Positions 40,682-50,985 are shown, numbered from the stretch's first letter. The stretch is 64,000 nucleotides of DNA from Myxococcales bacterium (GCA_037445065.1 JBBILD010000012.1:53624-117623); one strand, 5' to 3'. The notes: generated by a model from the letters alone, not told the origin. A program made the numbers and translations.

Positions 40682-41383
40682 ATGGAAGCAAACTGGATGA
40701 CAGTAGTGGGCGCCGGCGTGACGCTGGGGTTTAAACACGCGCTCGAAGCGGATCACGTCGCCGCGGTGGCGGTTTTGGCAAGCGAGCGGCGTACCTTGTG
40801 GGGCGCAGCCTTAGTGGGCGCATTTTGGGGCTTCGGCCACACGGTGGCTCTGTTGGGGGCAGGGGTGTGGGTTCTCGCCTTAGGGCTTCACCTGCCAGAG
40901 GACATGGTCCCGTACCTCGAGCTGGTGGTAGCCGTGGTTTTGATCAGCCTTGGCTTCCGTGGGGTACTGCGCTGGTTGCGCAGTGACCACCTGCACGTGC
41001 ACACGCATCGGCATGGCGCGCGCGTGCACGTGCACCCGCACCTTCACACACGCGCGGGACAACACTCGGCCAAGCCATTTCATCATGGCGAGGCCCGCTT
41101 GCGGCCGTTCCTGGTCGGGCTCCTGCATGGCCTCGCCGGTAGTGCCGCCCTCTTTTTGTTTTTGTTGGCAAGTCAGCCAGCGCCTTGGCTTGCGTGGGCC
41201 TACTTGCTCGCTTTTGGGCTAGCCTCCATTGGGGGGATGGCCCTTCTCAGTTGGCTCACCTGCCTGCCTCTGCAACTCACAGCGATGCGCTTTCACTCCC
41301 TCTACCGCGCTCTCCAGCTTACGGCGGCGGTGCTCAGCCTCGTCGTCGGGTTCGGGCTCGCGACAGAGCTGCTCCGCGCGTGA
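40682..41383 (+). CDS. UreH-like / NiCoT-family nickel-cobalt transporter
   Basis: GFKHALEADHVAAV, WGFGHT, His-rich loop HLHVHTHRHGARVHVHPHLH and GLLHGLAGSA. Confidence 0.85.
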   Translation: MEANWMTVVGAGVTLGFKHALEADHVAAVAVLASERRTLWGAALVGAFWGFGHTVALLGAGVWVLALGLHLPEDMVPYLELVVAVVLISLGFRGVLRWLRSDHLHVHTHRHGARVHVHPHLHTRAGQHSAKPFHHGEARLRPFLVGLLHGLAGSAALFLFLLASQPAPWLAWAYLLAFGLASIGGMALLSWLTCLPLQLTAMRFHSLYRALQLTAAVLSLVVGFGLATELLRA

Positions 41384-41386
41384 GTC

Positions 41387-42331
41387 TTACGAGGTCGCCA
41401 GTACCGGTGCCGTGCTGCTGCGGCGGGCTTCGGCGAGCACTGAAGCGGGCGGCTCGCGCAAATCCCACACGAGTCCCAGCCACGACATAGCTTTGAGGAC
41501 GTAATGCGTGATGTCTATCTCCCACCAAAAGAACCCCTGACGCTCCGACCCCGGGAAACGGTGGTGGTTGTTGTGCCAGCCTTCGCCGAAGGTGATCAGT
41601 GCCAACAGAAAGCTGTTGCGGCTCGTATCCCGGGTGGCGAAGCGGCGCTTCCCGAACACATGGGCGAGCGAGTTCACGCAAAAGGTGACGTGCCAGAGAA
41701 GCACCGTGCTGACAAAAAAGCCCCACACGAGCAGTTGCCAGCGCGAGGTCTCGAGCGAGGGGAGCTTCACTTCGAAGAGCCAGCCAAGGGCAAACAAGCC
41801 CACAGCCAAGACGATAGGCGGGAGCAAGTGGAAGCGATTGAGGAAGCGAAGTTCACCAAAGCGGGCGAAATCGCGGATCGCTTCGAATCGCGTACGCTCG
41901 TACAGCGGCGAAAGAATCCAGCCCACGTGCGCCCACCAAAAGCCCTTGACCGTGGGCGGATGGATGTCCTCCTCAGTGTCGGCATAGCGGTGGTGGTGCC
42001 GGTGCAAGGCTGCCCACCACAACGGTCCTTTTTGCAATGCGGTCGTTCCGAGCAACGCAAAGAGGAATTGCATCGGGCGGCTCGTTCGGAAGGAACGGTG
42101 CGAAAAATAGCGATGGTAGGCGGCCGTCACCGCGAACACGCGCAGCGCGTACAAGATGGCGCAGGCAGCGAGCGCTGGCCAAGACCAGCCCACCCAGAGC
42201 ACCGCGACACACGCCACATGCACGCTCCAAAACGGCAACGAGGTAAGCACCGCTCGCCAGCGCGACACGGGAGCCCGCGCCGGTTCGGAACCCGCTCTGT
42301 TTTCCTGCTCGACTAATTGGATTGCTTTCAC
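41387..42331 (-). CDS. Acyl-CoA (delta-9 type) fatty acid desaturase
   Basis: Three His boxes HRYFSH, HRHHH and HNNHH; start uncertain (GTG 42331 or 42337). Confidence 0.92.
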   Translation of the reverse strand: MKAIQLVEQENRAGSEPARAPVSRWRAVLTSLPFWSVHVACVAVLWVGWSWPALAACAILYALRVFAVTAAYHRYFSHRSFRTSRPMQFLFALLGTTALQKGPLWWAALHRHHHRYADTEEDIHPPTVKGFWWAHVGWILSPLYERTRFEAIRDFARFGELRFLNRFHLLPPIVLAVGLFALGWLFEVKLPSLETSRWQLLVWGFFVSTVLLWHVTFCVNSLAHVFGKRRFATRDTSRNSFLLALITFGEGWHNNHHRFPGSERQGFFWWEIDITHYVLKAMSWLGLVWDLREPPASVLAEARRSSTAPVLATS

Positions 42332-42516
42332 ACTCACCACCCTTTCTGACTCGATCTTTGGCGCAGGCTTGCTGCCCTCGGGTAAACCCGCGCCGTATCG
42401 GGGCACGACCCAAGCACCTGCACCGCCTCTTTCCTACCCACAGGTCGCGACGAGGCAAGCCTTCATAACCGCCCCTTTCCTCGCCCACAAGCCGTGCCGA
42501 AGGCCGCATCGCGGCT

Positions 42517-43539
42517 TCATTGCCAGCGAAGCTCGCGGCTGAGCTTGCCGGCGCGCTCGAGCTCCTCCAACTGGGCGAGGCGCTCGAAGCGCTTGGAGAG
42601 AAGTTCTTCCTGGCCGAGCCCGCGCTCGCGAAACCGCTGAATGAGATCGCGCACACCTTCCCTCAGAGCGACCCTCGGCACAGCAGCCGGAAACGCACGA
42701 GCCCAGGCTGCAAAGCTCACCCGATACGTGCGCTGATCAGCGGCCGCCCCCGGTGCGATGAGAACACGGGTGCCAGGGCACACTGCGGCCACCAAAGAGG
42801 CGAGATCGCGCACGCGCACGTTCGCATCGTCACGTCCGACGTTGAGGATCCGTGCACGGATCTCGCAGGCCGGTGCCTCCAAGACGGCGGCCACCGCTCG
42901 GGCAACATCACTTGTGTGCACGAAGGGACGCCACGCGGCACCGTTCGACCGCAAAACGATCTGCTCGCTGGTGACAGCGAAGGCCGCGAACTGGTTGACA
43001 ACCAAATCCAAGCGCAAGCGCGGCGACGGACCGTACACAGTGGCAAAGCGCAGCACCACAGGACAAAAGTGGGCGCTGGCCAGAGCCAAAATCTCTTCCT
43101 CGGCGGCTACCTTCGCGCGCGCGTACGCAGTCAGCGGTTTGGCAGGGGTTTGCTCGTTCGCTTCCTCGCCGTCGCTGACTGCGCCGTAGACACTGCACGA
43201 AGAGGCAAACACAAACCGCTCCACTCCCACTCGTGAAGCGGCGCGGGCAAGACGAACGGCAGCGGCGTAGTTGATTTCCCAAGTGACCCGCTCGTCGCGA
43301 TCTCCGAGCGGGTCGTTCGACAGAGCTGCCAAATGCACCACTGCCTCGGCGCCAGCGAGGTCACGATCATCGAGGTCGCGGACATCCTTGCGCGTCCAGG
43401 CGAGTTGTGGAAGCGAGTCGAAGTCATGCCCCTCGAACCAACCGGCGTCGAGGCAGACCACTTCATGGCCACTTTCCACTAGACGGGGCGCCAAGACAGC
43501 GCCGATGTACCCGCGGGCACCTGTGACATGCACCCTCAT
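42517..43539 (-). CDS. NAD-dependent nucleotide-sugar epimerase/dehydratase
   Basis: TGARGYIG, HLAALSNDP, ASSCSVYG and YARAK. Confidence 0.92.
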   Translation of the reverse strand: MRVHVTGARGYIGAVLAPRLVESGHEVVCLDAGWFEGHDFDSLPQLAWTRKDVRDLDDRDLAGAEAVVHLAALSNDPLGDRDERVTWEINYAAAVRLARAASRVGVERFVFASSCSVYGAVSDGEEANEQTPAKPLTAYARAKVAAEEEILALASAHFCPVVLRFATVYGPSPRLRLDLVVNQFAAFAVTSEQIVLRSNGAAWRPFVHTSDVARAVAAVLEAPACEIRARILNVGRDDANVRVRDLASLVAAVCPGTRVLIAPGAAADQRTYRVSFAAWARAFPAAVPRVALREGVRDLIQRFRERGLGQEELLSKRFERLAQLEELERAGKLSRELRWQ

Positions 43540-43609
43540 GCCGCGGTCACGGTCCCCCTCCGAGACGGCGCATCAAGGGTGACTTCTCTTTGCGCTGTCT
43601 CGCCCCGAT

Positions 43610-44422
43610 TCATCGTGCCACGGCCGGCAGCGGTAGAGCTCCCGGAATCGGGCGCACCGGTGACACCTCGAATTTCTCGACCCGGCGCCAGCCGTGCTTG
43701 TGGAGCCAGAATTCGGCCATGGTCCACAAGATGTCCAAGCCGTACTTCCAGATGTTCACGTAACACTTTTCGCTTCCGTAGTACGTCGGAATGGTGCGCT
43801 CGACAACGCGCAGGCCGGCGAGTGCAAACTGAACCAGGATCTCGGTGTCGAAATGGTACGCGTCGGAGCACTTATGGAACGGGACCTTTTTCAAAGCCTC
43901 GCACGAGTACACCCGATAGCCCGAGTGGTACTCGGAGAGGTTCCAGCCCAGTACCCAATTTTCCACCTTCGTCAAAAAGATGTTCCCCAAGTAGCGGTGC
44001 AGCGGCATGCCGCCGGCGCGAGGATCGCCTGTCATGCGCGATCCGAAGACCATGTCCGCTTCGCCGAAAAGGAACGGCTCCAGCAAGTAGGGGATTTTTT
44101 CCGGCGCGTACTGGGCGTCACCATGGAGCATGACGACCAGATCGAAGCCGTGATCAATGCAGTGCTGGTAAGCGAATTTTTGGCTACCGCCGTAGCCGCG
44201 ATTCGTTTCGTTCCGGTACACGCGCAAGTTCGCCAAGCCTTTCTGAGCAGCGTAGCCGAGGCCGACCAGGTAGGTATTGTCGGGGCTGGCGTTATCCACG
44301 ATGAAGATCTCCGCTGCGATGCGGCGGATGTGCTCTGGGATGCGGTCCAGCACGATCGGGATTGTGGACGCACCGTTGTACGCCGGGATGTAAATGGCGA
44401 TCTTGAGGTCCTCGACCTGCAC
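43610..44422 (-). CDS. GT2 glycosyltransferase (polyprenol-phosphate glycosyltransferase-like)
   Basis: IPAYN, VDNASPD, NRGYGG, HGDAQY, GSRM and FDTEI; start uncertain. Confidence 0.9.
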   Translation of the reverse strand: MQVEDLKIAIYIPAYNGASTIPIVLDRIPEHIRRIAAEIFIVDNASPDNTYLVGLGYAAQKGLANLRVYRNETNRGYGGSQKFAYQHCIDHGFDLVVMLHGDAQYAPEKIPYLLEPFLFGEADMVFGSRMTGDPRAGGMPLHRYLGNIFLTKVENWVLGWNLSEYHSGYRVYSCEALKKVPFHKCSDAYHFDTEILVQFALAGLRVVERTIPTYYGSEKCYVNIWKYGLDILWTMAEFWLHKHGWRRVEKFEVSPVRPIPGALPLPAVAR

Positions 44423-44556
44423 CGGGCAGTCGCGACTCGCCTGTTCCAGCCTGGATTTGGACCGCATACGCACGCACTCCAAGGTTTGTCCTGACAAGGC
44501 AAATCGCTACCACGAGCGAAAAGCCGATGGCAAGCGACGGCGTTTGGCCGCCTCCC

Positions 44557-45633
44557 TCAGTTGCGCCGGACCACGGCGAGAGATGGCTGCGCCGGAGGCG
44601 CTTCGAAGACCGAGCGGGGCACCCCGATGATGGACTCGGCTTCTTCGAGCAGGCGTAACCAGCGCAGGTTCTCGAAGCGCGGGTGGGTGAGGTCTTCGAA
44701 TTCCGGGCGGCGTAACTGACGGAGCATGTCGCGCACCGCGTCTTCCACCGACACCACAGGACGAAAACCTAAACGTTCCTGGATCTTGTGCGTGGTCACG
44801 CGGTAACTGCGCACGGCGCGATACGAGTAATCTGGCGCCACATCCACGGAGACACCGGCAGCGCGCAGGGTCTCACGCACGCGCAACGCTAGTTCCGAGA
44901 TCCGCATGTTGCAGTACGCCACATTGAAAATCTCACCACACACCAAGCGCTCCTCAGCGCTCAAGCAGGCTAAATACGCCCGCGCTACGTCACGCACATC
45001 GATCAAAGGCCGCCACATTTCGCCGCCCCGGTACACGACGATTCTGCCACTGGTGAGCGCATCGCGCACGAAGGTGTTGACCACCAAGTCAAAGCGCATG
45101 CGCGGCGAGAAGCCGTACACGGTGCCCTTCCGCAAAATCACCGGGCAGAAATCCGGCCCGGTCATCGCCAACAGCTGCCGCTCAGCCTCGTATTTCGAGG
45201 CCGCGTATGCCGCGCGCGGCTCCACGGGCGCGGTCTCGTCGTAAAGTGTGTCGTGCCCGTCGTCGCTTGCCCCACGATCGTACACCGAGCACGAAGAGGC
45301 GAACAGGTAGCGCCGCACCCCAGCCGCTCGTGCCAGCTCTGCAAGGCGCACCGCGGCACGGGTGTTCACCTCGAAGTTCGCAGTCGGGTTGTATTCGGCG
45401 GTAGGGTCGTTGGACAGGCCGCCCACGTTGATCACCGCCTGCACGCCGTCGAGATGCTGGGGCTCCAGGCGGCGCATGTCCGTCACCACGAGTTCCACCC
45501 GCTCGCGCACCGGCGCCAGTCCCCGCTCCCCGAAGTAGAGCCGATCCACCACCCGCACCGAGTACCCGCGGTCGAGCAATTCGGCGACCAGCACCGAACC
45601 GACGTAACCTGCGCCACCGACCACGAGGATCAT
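44557..45633 (-). CDS. NAD-dependent nucleotide-sugar epimerase/dehydratase
   Basis: GGAGYVG, LSNDP, ASSCSVY, YAASK and SPRMRFDLVVN; paralog of 42517-43539. Confidence 0.92.
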   Translation of the reverse strand: MILVVGGAGYVGSVLVAELLDRGYSVRVVDRLYFGERGLAPVRERVELVVTDMRRLEPQHLDGVQAVINVGGLSNDPTAEYNPTANFEVNTRAAVRLAELARAAGVRRYLFASSCSVYDRGASDDGHDTLYDETAPVEPRAAYAASKYEAERQLLAMTGPDFCPVILRKGTVYGFSPRMRFDLVVNTFVRDALTSGRIVVYRGGEMWRPLIDVRDVARAYLACLSAEERLVCGEIFNVAYCNMRISELALRVRETLRAAGVSVDVAPDYSYRAVRSYRVTTHKIQERLGFRPVVSVEDAVRDMLRQLRRPEFEDLTHPRFENLRWLRLLEEAESIIGVPRSVFEAPPAQPSLAVVRRN

Positions 45634-45643
45634 ACGGATGTCC

Positions 45644-46129
45644 TCAGCGCCCTTTCACAACCCAATGGTCGCCAAAACGATCGGGGGGAATACGGACTTC
45701 GTCCGGATTGCCGCGGCGGTACACTTCCGTGGCCGTGCTGATCATTTGCGTGTCGTCTTCGAGCGACATCCAGCCGTGATACACGCCCGGCGGCACCACG
45801 ATCAGCGATGGATTCCGCGCACTCAGCACAAAGGTGTCAACCGCGCGGTAGGTCGGGCTATCAGGACGATCGTCCACCAGCACGAACTTGGCAGCGCCGT
45901 GACTGATGAAAAACAAGTCCCACATCTCCTGGTGTTTGTGGAAAGCCCGCACGGTTCCCTTGGCAAAGTTACCGACCAAGTACACTTGCCCGAACTTGGG
46001 CAAATGCGGGTCGGTGGCGCGCACGATTTCAATCAAATAGCCGCGGTCGTCCACGTGGGCAGTCAGGGGAATACACTGCACGTCACGAATCACGGCCGCC
46101 CCAATCGCACATGCAACGGGCCTTTGCAA
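45644..46129 (-). CDS. RmlC-like cupin (sugar 3,5-epimerase family)
   Basis: DDRGYLIE, VRAFHKH, DDRPDSPT and VPPGVYHG; GTG 46093 is an alternative start. Confidence 0.85.
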   Translation of the reverse strand: MQRPVACAIGAAVIRDVQCIPLTAHVDDRGYLIEIVRATDPHLPKFGQVYLVGNFAKGTVRAFHKHQEMWDLFFISHGAAKFVLVDDRPDSPTYRAVDTFVLSARNPSLIVVPPGVYHGWMSLEDDTQMISTATEVYRRGNPDEVRIPPDRFGDHWVVKGR

Positions 46130-46147
46130 TCAGAAGATGAGCTCGGA

Positions 46148-47809
46148 CTACCGATCCCGCGGGCGGGAGCGGAACCACTCCCCCAGCACTTGCGCTTCGC
46201 GCCAGTTCGGGAACCGAGAAGCCAAAAATACCGCGAGGGATGCGGCGCGATCGAGGTGTTTGTTTTCCGACAAGAGTGCAACGGCGTGCAGCAAGCGGAC
46301 GTCGGGATCGAACTGGCGCGGCGGGTCCAAGATCAGTTGGTCCACCTTCCATAGGGCCGGAGGGGCAGCTCCGGAGGCGCGCAGCAGCTCTGCCAATAGG
46401 CCATTCCTTCCAAGTGACGCAGAGGGCAACCGCTGATAGGCAAGATGGCGGAGCGAAAGATCGGGGCCGCTCCTTTCGTACCGGAACACGTTCACGTCCG
46501 GATCGGGAGACACGTCCACGGCACGAAACCGCTCTGCCCAGCGGGGAACCTGATCGAATCCAGGGTAGAGGCGCGCCGCGGGAGCCACCACCAGCCACCC
46601 CGACCGCGCCGAGGGGAAGTACGCAAGCGCATTTGCCGGGGGTGCGTCGGGCTGCGCCCAAAATGCAAGCTCCGGCTCGTAAAACACCAGCACTCGCCGG
46701 CAGAGCGACGGGGCCAGTACCGCGTCTGGCTGGCGCAGGTCGAGGAGCGTGCGGGCCACCAGCTTCCAGTTCGGGCGGGGCCGCTGCAATTCGGACCACG
46801 CTGCAGGTAAGAGTGCACCGCCCACGCCGGCAAGAGTCACTGCCGCCCACAGTCCTAGCCGCCATCCCGCACCTGCTCCCCAAGCGCCCACCGCCTCAAT
46901 CCCTCGGGCGACAAGTAAGATGGCTGGGAGGGCAAGGAGCAGCTGCGTCGACAGGTCGAGGTGCCACCGCTCTATGCTGGCAGTGAGGAGAAGCCCTAAC
47001 GCGGTTAGAGCGCCTGCCACGAGCCAGCGCCACTGAGGCTCGCGGGTCGAGGCGACCGCTCCGGCCAGCACAAAGAGCCATGCGACAATCCCGAGCGGCC
47101 GAGGCAACGTCTCCCACCAGCCGCTCCAGTTCTGGAGATCGAGACGGACGAAGAAAAAGCTCGGCGCTGGAAGGCCCAACCAGGCCTGCCAGCCGGCTAG
47201 ACACGCTCCCCCTAGCCCCCACAGTATCAGAGCGTAACGCCGAAATGTTTTCGCCTGCGTCCCCACTGCCGCTGCCACGCTTGCCCACACCCACCAGCCG
47301 CCGACCGAACCCCACAACGTCGCGGCAAGGAGCGACAGTGCGACAAGTAGCGCTAGGATCGACGTGCGTTTCGTCGAGCAGCGAGCGGCCGAGAGCCCGA
47401 ACGCCAGAGCCAGGATACCGCCGAGCAGAACAAACGGGGCTGGATCCAGAAAGCGAGCCGAACGGATGTGGAGCGGCCACAATGCGACGACCCACGCTGC
47501 CGCGACGGTGGCCATTCGTGCCCCGAGGAAGTGCAGGAGAACCATGCACAGCACCAGTGATGCCAAAGCAGCGAGCGCTCCCGGGAGGCGGACAGCGCCT
47601 TCGGACAACGTATACGACCAAAGCGGCCCGCATAGGTGTGGCAATACGGAGGCGCTCGGCGGCTCATTCCCTACAGCCGCAAGCAGCGGGATTGGGAGCC
47701 AACGAACCTCCGTGGTGTCGAGGCTCGCGCCCAGCCCCACCAAACGCAACAGTGCCGCTGCACAAAGCGCGATGACGCTCGGGCCCCAAAATTGGTGAAC
47801 TCTTTCCAT
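46148..47809 (-). CDS. Polytopic membrane protein, probable GT-C (PMT/ArnT-like) glycosyltransferase
   Basis: LRLxxLG..LDTTE N-terminus, PP, SEGAVRLPGALA, about 10 TM helices and a C-terminal soluble domain; sits in a glycan cluster. Confidence 0.6.
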   Translation of the reverse strand: MERVHQFWGPSVIALCAAALLRLVGLGASLDTTEVRWLPIPLLAAVGNEPPSASVLPHLCGPLWSYTLSEGAVRLPGALAALASLVLCMVLLHFLGARMATVAAAWVVALWPLHIRSARFLDPAPFVLLGGILALAFGLSAARCSTKRTSILALLVALSLLAATLWGSVGGWWVWASVAAAVGTQAKTFRRYALILWGLGGACLAGWQAWLGLPAPSFFFVRLDLQNWSGWWETLPRPLGIVAWLFVLAGAVASTREPQWRWLVAGALTALGLLLTASIERWHLDLSTQLLLALPAILLVARGIEAVGAWGAGAGWRLGLWAAVTLAGVGGALLPAAWSELQRPRPNWKLVARTLLDLRQPDAVLAPSLCRRVLVFYEPELAFWAQPDAPPANALAYFPSARSGWLVVAPAARLYPGFDQVPRWAERFRAVDVSPDPDVNVFRYERSGPDLSLRHLAYQRLPSASLGRNGLLAELLRASGAAPPALWKVDQLILDPPRQFDPDVRLLHAVALLSENKHLDRAASLAVFLASRFPNWREAQVLGEWFRSRPRDR

Positions 47810-47864
47810 GCCACGTTCGGGGCTTAGCTTGGCAGGCACGGCGCCTGCAGCACGGGAGGCACGG

Positions 47865-48167
47865 TTAGAACTGGCGCCGAGCGGCTTCGAGGCTCGTCTC
47901 GTTCTCCGGATGCGGAATCCACAAGGAGCCCTGCGGTGGCTTGAGACGCAGACGGTCCTGGCGTTTTCCGATGATGAGACCTAATGGCAGCACGAACAAG
48001 CAGTACATCAAGATCATGAGGAAGCGGGTTTGCACGACCCCCACGGCGTGGGCGACTTGTTTCCAACGCTCCCAAGTTGCCCTGTACCAGGGCAGCCTCT
48101 CTTGCCTCTCAACTCCGACCGCAGTGCTCACGAGCGAATGGTCCCGGCCTGTCATAACCAAGCTCAT
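47865..48167 (-). CDS. SxtJ-family small membrane protein
   Basis: WKQVAHAVGVVQTRFLMILMY..VLPLG..DRL..SLW..RRQF pattern; start uncertain. Confidence 0.7.
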   Translation of the reverse strand: MSLVMTGRDHSLVSTAVGVERQERLPWYRATWERWKQVAHAVGVVQTRFLMILMYCLFVLPLGLIIGKRQDRLRLKPPQGSLWIPHPENETSLEAARRQF

Positions 48168-48243
48168 TGGGCGGAAGCTTATGGCCTAGAGCCGGCGGCG
48201 TGGCAAGTCACCGCGCCACTAACCAATTCTACCCCGCGAAGAG

Positions 48244-48684
48244 TCAGGCAATCCGAATGACGAGCCGTTGAAAATGAAACACCTTTGACGCTCCTGGCCC
48301 ACCCGCTCCCCGCACCACCAGCTTCCACGTGTGCGGGCCGTCGCGCCCCACCTGAAACCGCAGTTCCCGCCGCTGCTCGCCTTGGCCGGCAACAAACTCG
48401 GTGGTACCCACCAAGCGTCCGTCGAAATAAATCTCCACAGTGACCGTGCCTGCCGCTAGCGAGGACCCAACAATCGCGGCTTCCAATGCACCCTGCGGGG
48501 CGTAAGCAGTCGTGGTGGCGCTGCTGCCGGGAGCAAGTAGAGCGGTGCCATCGTCCTGCGCGCTCGCTCCCTCACTGAGCATCATGCCGGCCGGGGCAAG
48601 GGTCAGGACTCCGGCGAGGCGCGGCTCGCTACAGGACGCAGCCGCGAACAGCAGCAACAGCGCGGCCCCGCCCCGACAGGTCAA
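48244..48684 (-). CDS. Hypothetical lipoprotein
   Basis: Hydrophobic signal ending AASC (lipobox), beta-rich body; TTGA overlap with the purU stop. Confidence 0.65.
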   Translation of the reverse strand: MTCRGGAALLLLFAAASCSEPRLAGVLTLAPAGMMLSEGASAQDDGTALLAPGSSATTTAYAPQGALEAAIVGSSLAAGTVTVEIYFDGRLVGTTEFVAGQGEQRRELRFQVGRDGPHTWKLVVRGAGGPGASKVFHFQRLVIRIA

Positions 48685-49559
48685 GCCGATCCTCCTGTGG
48701 CCAGACCGGGCCGAAAGATGACCTTCTTATCCTTCACAACCAATTGGTCGTTGAGGAACAACTGTACAGCCTGCGAGAGAACTTTTGCTTCGAGGCGCTG
48801 CCCGCGCGCCTTGACTTCATCGAGCGTGTCCTCGCCCACCCGGATGTGGAAAACGTCCTGCAGGATAACCGGCCCCTGGTCCAACTGCTCGGTCACGAAA
48901 TGGGCGGTACAGCCTGAGACCCGCACTCCCTCTTCGAACGCCTGCCGGTATGCGTTCGGCCCTGGGTGGTAGGGCAACAGAGATGGATGAATGTTGATTA
49001 TGCGATTCCGGTACTTGTCCACCACACGCGGCGAAAGGATTTGCATGTAGCGCGCCAACACGACCAGGTCGGGCTGAAACTCCCCCAACTTCTCGAGCAA
49101 AAACTGCTCGTGCGCCGCCTTGTCCGCCGAGGGGTACCAAAAAAATGGAATGCCTGCCTCCTCTGCCAACGAGCGCAGGAGCTCATGGTTGGAGAGCACC
49201 GCGACCAGGTCGCCGTTGAGCCGGCCGTGATTGCGATCTTCGATCAGCTGGCGCAAGCAGTGCGGTTCGCGGCTTACAAGGACAACCACCCGCTTGGGAT
49301 CCCTCTTGCCCTGCAAGCGCACCGAGACTTCCATATGGATTTCTTCCCCGATGCGCTTGAGGCCAAGAACCAGCTCGTCGAGGTTGATGTTCAATTCGCT
49401 CAGGTCAACGAGCATGGTCATGATGAACAGCCCCTCCATGACCCGCTGCTCGATGTCCTCGATGTTGATGTTACAGGAGGCAAGATACGTGGAAATCCGC
49501 GCCACTACCCCTTTTTGGTCGCGCCCAATTACGGAAATGACCGCCTTTGGTCCCACCAT
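48681..49559 (-). CDS. purU: Formyltetrahydrofolate deformylase
   Basis: N-terminal ACT domain, VSREPHCL, VLARYMQILS, INIHPSLLP and HFVTEQLDQGP. Confidence 0.93.
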   Translation of the reverse strand: MVGPKAVISVIGRDQKGVVARISTYLASCNINIEDIEQRVMEGLFIMTMLVDLSELNINLDELVLGLKRIGEEIHMEVSVRLQGKRDPKRVVVLVSREPHCLRQLIEDRNHGRLNGDLVAVLSNHELLRSLAEEAGIPFFWYPSADKAAHEQFLLEKLGEFQPDLVVLARYMQILSPRVVDKYRNRIINIHPSLLPYHPGPNAYRQAFEEGVRVSGCTAHFVTEQLDQGPVILQDVFHIRVGEDTLDEVKARGQRLEAKVLSQAVQLFLNDQLVVKDKKVIFRPGLATGGSA

Positions 49560-49772
49560 CGTCTCTCACTCCGAAACGCGCCTTTTAGGTGCTCGCCACG
49601 GCGCGGTCAAACCGAGCTAGCACAGCAGGTCACATCGTCTATTAGAATTTTTCAAGTAAAGTTCGGTCCTGTTCAGTTTGCGTTTGGAGTGCACCTCGGG
49701 TAGTTTGGGCCGCGGTCTAGATTGGCCAACGACAACTAGAACCCCAACGGAGAAGGAGCGATCGAAAGAACG

Positions 49773-50969
49773 ATGGATCACGGTTTAGGGTCTTTGGCTC
49801 TCAAGCTGCAGGAGGAAGCCGCAAGCGCGGAGGAAATCGAGCTAGAGGCAACGCTCGAGATCCTCGAGTCTGCGGACAGTGTAACGGAGGAGGCGGAAGG
49901 GCAGGAACGAGTCGGAGATTACGACCTGCCGGGTCATTTCTTCCACGACGTCAGCAACACCCAGTTGTTGACACCCGAGGAAGAGCAGGAGGTGGCGCGC
50001 AAAATCGTGCGGGCGCGAAACCGCATCCGCCGCCTGCTCCGCCGCTTTCCCCGTTTGGTCGCCGCGGCGTTGCCGCAACACGGGCGCAGTGTGATCCATC
50101 CGAGTGAGGACTTTCGTGAGCGGGAAACCGTGATGGTCCTCGACTTTGCCAAAAAGCAACTGCGGAGTCGCCGCCGCGTAGACGCGATGATCGGCGACCG
50201 CACCAAGCTCAAGAAGTTCGTCGAGGAACTCGAGCGCGACCTAGGCGCCTACCGGAAGTTGCGCGACCGTATGATCGAAGCCAACCTGCGCTTGGTGATT
50301 TCCTTTGCCAAGCGCTATCGCCGCGCGGGCGTGTCGTTCCTCGACATGGTGCAAGAGGGAACACTGGGGCTCATTCGCGCGGTCGAAAAGTACAACCCGG
50401 AAAAAGAGGTCAAGTTCGGCACCTACGCCGTATGGTGGATTTGGCAGCAGATCGGCCGTGCGGGCGACATGCACAGTGGCCTGATCCGCACTCCGGTACA
50501 CTGGAACCAACTCCGCCGCAAAGTGGGCCGAGAAACCCAGAAGCTGCAAACGAAGTACAACGGCGAGGTGGACAAACACTTGCTCGCCGAAGCCAGCGGT
50601 GTGGATGCGGCGCGACTGGAGACCATGACGCAGAGTTTTCACTGCGTCTCGATCGATGCTCCTCTCAGCTCCGATGACGACCGGACATTAGAGGAGCTAT
50701 TGGCCAGCGACTCGCAGGACCCGGAGTCCGAGGCAGCGCAAGGGGATTTGCACGCGCAGTTGGAGGCCGCGCTGCGTCAGCTCCCGCCGCGTGAGGCGGA
50801 AATCTTGCGCTTGCGCTTCGGCACCAACGACCGCCAGCCCCTGACCCTGGAGGAAGTCGGGCGCATCTACGGCGTGAGCCGCGAACGAATCCGACAATTA
50901 GAAGCGCGTGCGCTCAAACAGCTCCAACCGATTTGCGAGAAGCAAGGACTTCGCGCGTACGTGGACTGA
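49773..50969 (+). CDS. Sigma70-family factor (RpoD/RpoS-like paralog)
   Basis: LLTPEEE, EANLRLV, DMVQEG.LGL.RAVEK, TYAVWWI and TLEEVG..VSRERIRQLE. Confidence 0.93.
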   Translation: MDHGLGSLALKLQEEAASAEEIELEATLEILESADSVTEEAEGQERVGDYDLPGHFFHDVSNTQLLTPEEEQEVARKIVRARNRIRRLLRRFPRLVAAALPQHGRSVIHPSEDFRERETVMVLDFAKKQLRSRRRVDAMIGDRTKLKKFVEELERDLGAYRKLRDRMIEANLRLVISFAKRYRRAGVSFLDMVQEGTLGLIRAVEKYNPEKEVKFGTYAVWWIWQQIGRAGDMHSGLIRTPVHWNQLRRKVGRETQKLQTKYNGEVDKHLLAEASGVDAARLETMTQSFHCVSIDAPLSSDDDRTLEELLASDSQDPESEAAQGDLHAQLEAALRQLPPREAEILRLRFGTNDRQPLTLEEVGRIYGVSRERIRQLEARALKQLQPICEKQGLRAYVD

Positions 50970-50985
50970 GTCCCTTGCACCGAGG

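Noticed and set aside
40682..41383. Urease or hydrogenase gene cluster
   Set aside because: Only the UreH-like transporter is present; no structural genes are in the window.
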